A stretch of 54,138 nucleotides of DNA from Cladosporium halotolerans (lineage: Eukaryota), in contig NW_027191490.1 in assembly GCF_011745625.1 (NCBI RefSeq), forward strand, positions 124,001-178,138, given 5' to 3'. Below the pieces are notes generated by a model, which saw only the letters and a list, made by a program, of their open reading frames with translations, searched no databases and was not told the origin of the DNA. Each line of letters opens with the position of its first letter. Position 1 is the first letter of the stretch. Positions 46,206 through 54,138 of this stretch are shown here, in pieces. A program made the translations under genes and the position numbers.

Positions 46206-47441
46206 ATGCGCTTGTCTGCAATCGCTCTTGCTGCCCGATGGGCTTCGCTCAGCACAGCAGCACTCGTTCCGAGTCGTCGACAAGACCACGGCCTCTACTT
46301 TCCGGTCCAGCAAGCGACGCTGAAAAATGCCAGAGTGGGGGAGCAGTACAGCGCAAGCGTTGGCGGACTTGTCCTCGGTGAAAACAGCGCGGACGCAGCA
46401 TTCACAAAAGTGGTCGGTGGTGAGTGGGTAGAAGTCAGTGCCGGGGGAAGACTTTCCGGGGTTCCTGGTGAAGGCGATGAGGGCGCAACCGAGATAGAGA
46501 TTCAAGCCACGGTCGATGCTGCGACAGCGGCGACATTTCGCGTGACCGTACCTGTCCGCGGAGCCGCTACTCCCCTGGTTGATCAATTCTCTGTCATGTC
46601 ATACAACTTGTGGCAGGGCGGCGCCAATGTCAACCACTACCATGAGAAACAACTACGCTTTATCCTTGAATCTGGCGCAGATTTGATCGGCTTCCAGGAA
46701 TCCGTCGATGGTGGCCACGCGATGCGACTCGGTAACGCCCTAGGCTGGGAAACATCACAAACCAACAGCAGTGCAGCCATCATCAGCCGCTACCCCATCG
46801 TAGAGGAGTACGACCAAGTCCGAGTCTCGCGAGGCGCCCGCATCAGCCTCAACGGCGAAAGCGATAGCAAGCAAGAGATCAATTTCTGGAATACTCACCT
46901 GACCGCGTACCCTTACGGACCCTACGGCTTCTGCTTCGACAACGATACACCCGAAGCAGTCCTCTCGATCGAGTCCGAAAGTGGACGCACGTCCCAAATG
47001 ATCGAGACATTGGAGGCCATGTCAACACAGCTGGCAAGTTCCAACGCCATTCCCGTCCTCCTTGCAGGTGACATGAACGCACCTTCTCACCTCGACTACA
47101 TCGAGCCCCTAGTCGAAGAGCACTGCGGCATCGCGGACTTCGATTGGCCCACCTCTGTCCTGCCCGCGCAAGCAGGCCTGATCGACTCTTACCGTGTGGC
47201 GCACCCTGACCCTGCAGCCGTCGAGGGTGAGACCTGGTCGCCTATCTACCCTTACAACGAGGGTGTCACGGGCGACCCAGAGCCTCAGGACCGGATAGAT
47301 TTTGTCTACGCGACAGAGCAGCTGGAAGTCGTGCGCTCGAAGACTCTACTCGCAGGCGAGCCGCAGCCTTACCCAGGCTACGAGGACAACGAGTGGACAA
47401 GCGATCACCGGGCTGTGCTGACACACTTCCGATTCCGCTGA
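46206..47441 (+). CDS. Secreted endonuclease/exonuclease/phosphatase (EEP) family protein with N-terminal Ig-like domain
   Basis: Signal peptide; beta-rich GRLSGVP segment; MSYNLW, GFQE, GDMNAPSH, DRIDFV and SDHRAV motifs. Intronless. Confidence 0.88.
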   Translation: MRLSAIALAARWASLSTAALVPSRRQDHGLYFPVQQATLKNARVGEQYSASVGGLVLGENSADAAFTKVVGGEWVEVSAGGRLSGVPGEGDEGATEIEIQATVDAATAATFRVTVPVRGAATPLVDQFSVMSYNLWQGGANVNHYHEKQLRFILESGADLIGFQESVDGGHAMRLGNALGWETSQTNSSAAIISRYPIVEEYDQVRVSRGARISLNGESDSKQEINFWNTHLTAYPYGPYGFCFDNDTPEAVLSIESESGRTSQMIETLEAMSTQLASSNAIPVLLAGDMNAPSHLDYIEPLVEEHCGIADFDWPTSVLPAQAGLIDSYRVAHPDPAAVEGETWSPIYPYNEGVTGDPEPQDRIDFVYATEQLEVVRSKTLLAGEPQPYPGYEDNEWTSDHRAVLTHFRFR

Positions 47442-47689
47442 TCGTTTGTGTGGAAATAGAACGAGGGTTTGGAGTGGAAGGGCCGAGCAGCATGAGGACA
47501 TGGGAACGAGGCTTGGGAAATTGCTGGCATTGAACTCCAACAGCGCTCTGCGCATCTAATCTACAGTATACAGCAGTGCGTCTTGTTACGTTTCCGCAAA
47601 CTCTCCGGCGACCCGGCTCATGTCCTGATTGGTGATGACAATTATGCCCATAAGATTTCTGTACTTCGTCGCTACCATCCTCGGCCGCT

Positions 47690-49172
47690 TCAAAGAGTTG
47701 CTTGGACCCAAGGCTTGATATAATTGTCGATTACAGATTGATTGCGCCAGTCCGACCAGTCATGGTTCAAAAGCCCTAGCCATATTCGTCAGCATGCTTG
47801 CAGTTTCCACGCCCGATCAAATTACCCACCCCAAGTTTCTTCGAAGTCCTGCGTCCCCTGGCGGGTGTAGTAGCTGCCTCCAAGAGCCCACTGTATCCAG
47901 CCGCCGGGTCCACCTGGCTGCTCCGTGACAACAGATTTGATGCACTGCGCATATGGCCTCGTGTAGCTGCCATCTGTTTGATCGAATCCAAACTCGGTCA
48001 TCACCGTCGGGCCGTGGTTTGGGCATGCAGGGTCCGAGAGGTTCATCGCGCAGTAGGCGTCGTCGTAAAGTCCAGGCCTCATGTCGTCGCAGCTCTCCGC
48101 CGAGTTCTGGTAGTTATGGACTTCGTAGACGAGTTTCTCCTCGAAGGCGTACGAGGATGGTGTGAACGTCGCTCCGTTCCAAGTCTGGTTCTCGATGAAG
48201 TAGGAGTTGTCGAGGTTGTAGTTTAGACCGCCAAAGAAGATTAGAGCATCTGGATTCTTGCTGTGTATCCCGTTGGCCGCTGGGATCACATTCTCAATCC
48301 ATGTATTCCAGTCGTAAGGCAGAGCCTCGCCGGATGGTTCACGAAGCTCGTTGCGTAGGGACATCGAGGCCAAGGCTGACTAGGATTTGGCCTGTTTACG
48401 GTCAGCGAGGATACGCCGGAGATTGAACGCCGCCGCACCTGGAACTTACGTGGTCGGCCATATATCCAAGACCGCGTACCCAATTATCTACGTCAAAATA
48501 GGTGTCTGGCATTGTATTAGATAGCGAAGCCAATTCGATTGTCGACTCGTAGACCTACCGCCGAACCAGGCGTTCCCATCATCCGCGCCACAGCACCATT
48601 TAGCTTTCGAAACATGGTTGTCGAGGTGGATCCAGATCTCCTGTTTGGCGAGCTCGGCTGCGACTGCGTCGAAGACCTGTGCCGCAGATCAGCATAAGAC
48701 CCCTGACTGCATGCAAAGGGCTACAACACACCTCAAGTCGCGTTGTCTCTGAGTTAAATTGCGGGTTGTGCTCTAGGATCTGACTCAAGACAGCAGTTCC
48801 GTTCTCCTGGCCAAGCGCCTTCACCAACGTTGCTTCCAGAGTTTGATCTGGACTGTTGGCGTAGATGTCGTCAATCATCTCAATGGCATACGTGAGTCGA
48901 ACCGCGTTCATGTCCAGACTTTTGATCAGACCAACGATGTTTTCGATTGAGTTGTAGTTCAGACCCTCGGGAAGCATGGACTCTCCATGGCCAGGCCAGT
49001 TCGTGCCAACGTAGACGACATTGGAGCCAGAGGCCGAGAGTATGTTTCTACCTGACACTTTGAAGGGAAGGTCGGGCCAGGAGGCGCGGGTCTCCAGCTG
49101 CGTGTGGAGTGGCGCCGCATTGGCAACGAGCGCAGTCAGGACTGTTTGCAAACAAATTAAGGAGGACTTCAT
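47690..49172 (-). pseudogene. Glycoside hydrolase family 5 (resembling the GH5_16 beta-1,6-galactanase group) with an in-frame TAG
   Basis: GTNWPG, VRLTYA, HLDNHVSKAKWCC, SLRNELR, EVHNY, TEFG and GLLNHDWSDWR. Introns 48677-48731, 48506-48558, 48392-48449 and 47776-47829. Spliced frame reads AKS*SALASMSLRNE with TAG at 48380-48382. Confidence 0.8.
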
Positions 49173-50492
49173 CTTCGTAGATCAATGTTCGTCGATGGGA
49201 TTTGCTTTGGAGGAGATGGGCAATGTATGCTCTTTGAGGCCGTGACACTTTTGTAGCCTCGCTCTCGCTCTGTCATCATCAATGTCGCTAAGTTATGCTG
49301 GTCACATGGTCCCTCGCATTGTTGTTCGTAATGTTCGCGCTATAGTTGGAGTTTGACTTGGCGAGTGGTGGAGGAGCGGGGGGATTTTAACCAGGCTCAT
49401 GTGGAGGACCTCGGACAAAGCGATGTCATTGGCCACGAGCGGATTTTATCCACCTATCTCGTATGGTTAGCGCAACCCTCTCTGCATGACGTAGGCCAGC
49501 ATCTCCGCCCTACAATCTAGTATCGATCAGGCAGCTGTCGCAACTTTCACTCGACACCGCCGCCTGCAAAACTGCATAAACTCTCAGCGAGGTAGCACTT
49601 CGCTTAATGCCAAACGGCCCATCCAAGCCTCCACCAAGCCCGATGCTGCGACGGGAACTCTATTCCGCAGCTAGAGGGCAATGCTGGACAGATTGCCACA
49701 CTCATGCAAGCGGCTCCACCTTGGAGTCAGTCTTGATGCTTTTCAAGGGCTGCTGTTCACTGCGGGGGTGCTTGTGGGGGAGCTCGGCGTTCTTCGGTCG
49801 TTAGACGGAGATGGATCACGACGGGTAATGCTTCAATGGATGATCTCTTGTGAAGGTAGGTGTCAGAGTTGCGCGGCGCCGGGCGTGTCTTAAATGGTAG
49901 GTATGGCTGGCTCGCGAAACAGCCATCAGAAGGGCCTGGGCTCCGTCCTATTGTGCGAATGTTGGCGTGCTGGAGAGCTGAGCGCAGCTGACGTGAGAGA
50001 GTGCATGACTAGACGTCTGTATTGCAAGAGGATTGCCATATGATATTGCGGCACGAATATCTTTATTGAGTCGGACACCTGACGCTGACTGCTGGACGTG
50101 GCGCTGTTTGAGGACACCAACAAGGTGGGCGAAGTGCGGCCCAAACCCACCGTGACGGTAGGCCGTGCTCACCCAAAGCACAAAGCCTTCACTTGACACG
50201 AGCTTCGAAAGCTTTGAGGAGACGAGCACCGTGGAGCTGACCGGTCCAGTGCTAATGCTGAGCTACTGAGGAGAGCTTCAGCAAGCCACGACTTGTACTC
50301 ATGCTCACACGAATAGCATTTTGCTCATAACACCAATGACAGACAAGGTCACACGTTCTGAATCAGACGACCAAAAAAAGGTGTCGGCATTGAGAATGAT
50401 GATGCGATGCGACCGGACTGTGATAGAAGTTTCATTTAGCGAACGAAAGATGCCGATTTCCAGCAGGTGCATTTTGAGCCTATGACCCTTGA

Positions 50493-52628
50493 TTATGAGG
50501 TCCCCCCGTTCAGGAAATATCCGAAGAACGACCTAACAGGCTCGAGATCATCCAGAGGCCCCACATATGATACATGTTGATCTGGCCGCAGGACCACCAA
50601 ACAACCCTCCGTTTTACCGACTCCATATTTTTCGTACGCAGAATCGCAAGGTTCAAATTCATAGGCGTCATCGGAGAAAATTTTCCAATAATCCCAGCCC
50701 AAAACGTCGTCCCACGGATGGTAGACCTGGCACAGATCGAGAATTTCGATCGAGGCTCGTGAGCCAGAATGGAGTAGCAGAACCTCGATAATCGAATGCT
50801 TGTTATCTTCCCGGCTTGGATACTTCTCCAGAAGCTTCTCTAGAGCGGTGCCGAGGTTTTGCACGACGCGTAGTCGTCGTGGAGAAGTAAGGTCGGCGGC
50901 CAAGACAAGAATCCTCCATTTGCCATTGCTCGGCAGCATCTCTGATAAGTGAACGACACGTGATTCGGATTGACATACGATTTTGTGCGAGGGCATTCTT
51001 TGGCCAAGAGTGATACCCTTCGCGAGGCTTTGAACGCTCGACAGAGATGCTCTACTGGCGAAATCTTCGCTCGTTGCTGAATAATCGGCAGTGGACTCTG
51101 TCATCAAAGTGCTTGGTTTGTATGTGACAGAGACGCCACTCAAGAATTTGGAGAACTCGTTTCGGAAACCTTCATATTCCTTTGAGGCACTGCTTGGCCC
51201 TTCCGAGTAGAATTTGCACATTTTCTTGTCGAGGTCAATGAGCTCAATAGCGACTGGGCGTCGTTCCGAGTTGTATGTTGAGAGGATGCGGCGATCGGTC
51301 GTACCACTCAGTACCGATCCGAGTTTCCATCCAAGGTTGTAGGCATCTTGCATTGAGACGTTCATGCCTTGTCCCATACTCGGCGAATGCGTGTGAACAG
51401 CGTCTCCTGCAAGAAAAACCCTTTACAAGAGTTAGCGCCGAAAGTGCAGTGTGTGCGCAATCAACATACCGATCCAGGTGACTGAAGCCGTGAGCTATAC
51501 GCTGTCCGACCTAATGGCCGTTCGAAGCTATTCTTCTCCGTGCGAACCATTGGCAACTACTTACCGTGTAGACAGAATGCCAGTTGCACACCGCGAAATC
51601 CATGCGGTACGGCTCAAACATCTCCCTAGTATGTTCCGCCATCTCCTCTAAAGTCAACTTACCACCATCGAAAGGTTCGTCGTCGCTGGTCTCATCGAGC
51701 TGTACATAGAGCCGCACCAGACGGTTCTCCCTAGGGACAGTCATGACACTTCCCTTGTCTGAATGTATCACGCATGAGTTACGGATATCCGCTATGGTAG
51801 TCAGCCTTCACGAATGGTACTAGTGATTTAAGTTTGACATACGAAAATCTGTAAGTGGCACAATATCCATTACACCAAAGTGCTTGTTGGTCTTTTCGCC
51901 TTCAAGCTTCATTTCGAGGTGCTGCCGGACTGTGCTATGTCCGCCGTCACAACCAACTGCATACCGTGCATGGATAGTCTCGCGATCCGTGTCTGATGCT
52001 TCGAGGCCTATGTTAGCCGAGTCCAAGGAGGAGCGATAGAGTTGAGCAGGTACAATCTGTTTTGCTTCCCGTTGTCGTCTTTGGTTCGCTGGGTTTCCGT
52101 AAGACAGCTTGCACGGGAAACGCATCATCCTCATCGCATGCGTTTTTATCGATGCTGATATGCTCAAGCAATGTATCTCGTTCAACTCGGAGCCTGTTCT
52201 TGAAGCCCAGATAGTCAAGTAAGATCTGTTCCGTATCGCCCTGGTTTAGAGTTGATTGGGGAAATCGGCTCAAATCCTCACGCTGGGCTTTGGCTCGTTG
52301 AGTGCGTCTGATGTTGCTGGGATTTTTCTGGTCAGGATTCTAGAAGCATGTCAAGTCTCTGACAACAAACGCGCACATCTTCGAATAATCATACCCAAGC
52401 ACAAAGTTCATTGACACGGCAAGACTTTGATAAGAAGCTGTTTGCAAGGCCAAAACTGTCTAGTATCTCCAGAGTCCTTGAATGGAGTGCATCTGCATGG
52501 CCAGTCTCAATCCTGCTACTTTTATTGTCAACGATTCGCGTACGTATATCGTATTGGCTCGCCCACAAGGCCAGCATCAAGCCCGCAGGGCCAGCACCGC
52601 AGATAAGCAGGTCGACATGGGAGCTCAT
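50493..52628 (-). CDS. FAD-dependent phenol 2-monooxygenase (phenol hydroxylase family)
   Basis: GAGPAG, RTLEILDS, GCDGGHS, TDFPDIR, FLAGDAVHTHSPSMGQGMN and LRPDQHV. Introns 52340-52394, 52008-52053, 51792-51842, 51511-51564 and 51421-51469. Confidence 0.93.
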
Positions 52629-53270
52629 GAATGCTAGCTTTCGAGGCTCGGTTGAGAGCTCGGCTTTGTTCTCAAGTAGATTCGCCTCGTCGATGTTGCG
52701 GTCGGCGTTCAGATGGGCCTCGATTTGCGAATCAATAAAGAGTGCTTATATGGTCAGCGTAAATGTGGTCATGTTGATATGACGACATAAAGCCGGCGTC
52801 AGAAGTCGGTGTACTGCGTAGCGGTATCATCGTGAAATCACAGAGTCATGTCCGGGCCAAGAGCGCACAATTGCCGCAGAGCTCGGCAGGTCCACACTAG
52901 GCTATATCTCGTCCCTCACTTTCGAATGCAGGGAAGAATCCTTTACGGACAAAATCTACTGATAGGTTTATGACGGTCAAGGTGGGAGTTGGGGATCTTT
53001 GAGGTGCCATGACTCCTGATGACGACAGATCTCGCAATCGGACAACGCTCCGCCATCGTCAAACCGGAACCAGACCGTCTTACTCCTGAAAAGAGCTGCA
53101 ACAATGATGCAAGTATTTGCCGTATTGATGCGTTGGTCACCGCGGTTGTCGTCAATCATGTTTCTATACATGGCAACGTTCTCAAATCGACATAGTTCGC
53201 GAAACCACACCAGCGCTCTTCCTTTTTCATAGTGAAGGCCGATCAGTTGTCGCTTGTCAGACATCAAGAC

Positions 53271-54071
53271 ATGGCAGGAACTCTTCACAGACCGCGAGTT
53301 GCAAAAACGGAGTTTCCACGTTACAAGGAGCCACCGCATGTTCTCAAAGAGTCTCTCATTCACAACACACAATCCGCAACTACCAAAGAATGCGACATCA
53401 TCGACATCCGGAAGGGTGAAATATCCCTAAATCTGGCGGAGTCGATTCGCTCCGGTATCCAGAAGCCGCACTTCAAAGGCCATCGCATTGTGCCCTCCCT
53501 CCTTCTCTGGGACGAGCAAGGCCTCAAGCTCTTCGAGAAAGTGACCTACAATCCACGGTACTATCTCACAGATGCCGAAATTGACATTTTGCGCACATAT
53601 AGCGCCGCCGTTGCCAACCTGGTCAAGCCCGGCTCAATTGTTTTGGAGCTCGGAAGCGGCAGTCTGCGCAAGACTAACATCCTTTTGCAGGCTCTAGAGG
53701 CCCAGCGCAAAGATATAGATTATTACGCGCTTGATCTAGACAAGAATGAGCTCTCGCGGTCCTTGCGGCAATTGATGCTAGGCAATTTCAAGCACGTGCG
53801 GTGCCATGGTCTGCTGGGGACATATGACGAAGGCCGAGATTGGCTGTCTCAAGCTGAAAAGTCGCGAAGGCCGACGTTTGTGCTCTCGCTTGGGTCGACA
53901 ATTGGTGGCTTCACCCCCTCCGAAGCGACCGACTTCCTTCACGAGTGGTCCAGAACGTTGCAGCAACGTGGCGATGAAATCAACAGTCAACTCATCATTG
54001 GCCTCGATGGCAATAAGAACGGTGCCGAAGTATTCGACGCCTCGCCAAAAGGCAACGGAGGAGAACACTGA
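53271..54071 (+). CDS. EgtD/EasF-family amino-acid N-methyltransferase (3' end truncated or continuing beyond the window)
   Basis: IIDIR, PSLLLWDEQGLKLFE, YYLTDAE, LELGSGSLRKT, YYALDL, GTYDEG, SLGSTIG and IGLDG. The C-terminal part of the domain is not found. Confidence 0.85.
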   Translation: MAGTLHRPRVAKTEFPRYKEPPHVLKESLIHNTQSATTKECDIIDIRKGEISLNLAESIRSGIQKPHFKGHRIVPSLLLWDEQGLKLFEKVTYNPRYYLTDAEIDILRTYSAAVANLVKPGSIVLELGSGSLRKTNILLQALEAQRKDIDYYALDLDKNELSRSLRQLMLGNFKHVRCHGLLGTYDEGRDWLSQAEKSRRPTFVLSLGSTIGGFTPSEATDFLHEWSRTLQQRGDEINSQLIIGLDGNKNGAEVFDASPKGNGGEH

Positions 54072-54138
54072 TCTCCTACTAACCCTAAGGCGGCGCTAAC
54101 CGTAAAAGGTTACAGAACTTCCGCTTACATCGACTTTG

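Noticed and set aside
49900..50300. Coding-like composition with interrupted frames between the GH5 and the monooxygenase
   Set aside because: Possible gene relic, but no recognisable motif or consistent gene model.
54079..54088. CTAACCCTAA as a telomeric repeat
   Set aside because: Fewer than two full units; also explicable as an intron branch site or chance.

Overview
Eukaryotic DNA from a filamentous ascomycete fungus. Introns are short (mostly 46-80 nt) GT-AG introns with CTRAC/CTRAY branch sites. I find about 25 protein-coding loci and no rRNA, tRNA, CRISPR or intact transposon. Conserved housekeeping genes are TVP18, a UFD1-domain/zinc-finger protein, a peroxisomal-type SDR, NAPE-PLD, a Tre2-like protein, cytochrome c heme lyase, ARG1 and a CorA transporter. 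Between them lie secreted or accessory genes: AA9 LPMO, GH54 arabinofuranosidase, long-type heme-thiolate peroxygenase, tyrosinase, lipase, EEP-family hydrolase and a GH5. The most notable items not visible in the ORF track are: (1) a six-exon minus-strand gene at 22354-23736 encoding a secreted HExxH zincin; (2) an F-box-like gene with two alternative Cys-rich C-termini selectable by intron retention; (3) a GH5 with a TGG-to-TAG nonsense change and an F-box-like gene with a 1-nt frameshift; (4) a divergent phenol monooxygenase plus EasF/EgtD-type methyltransferase pair at the right edge, reminiscent of fumisoquin/imizoquin isoquinoline clusters. All family calls come from motif recognition by eye; no searches were run.
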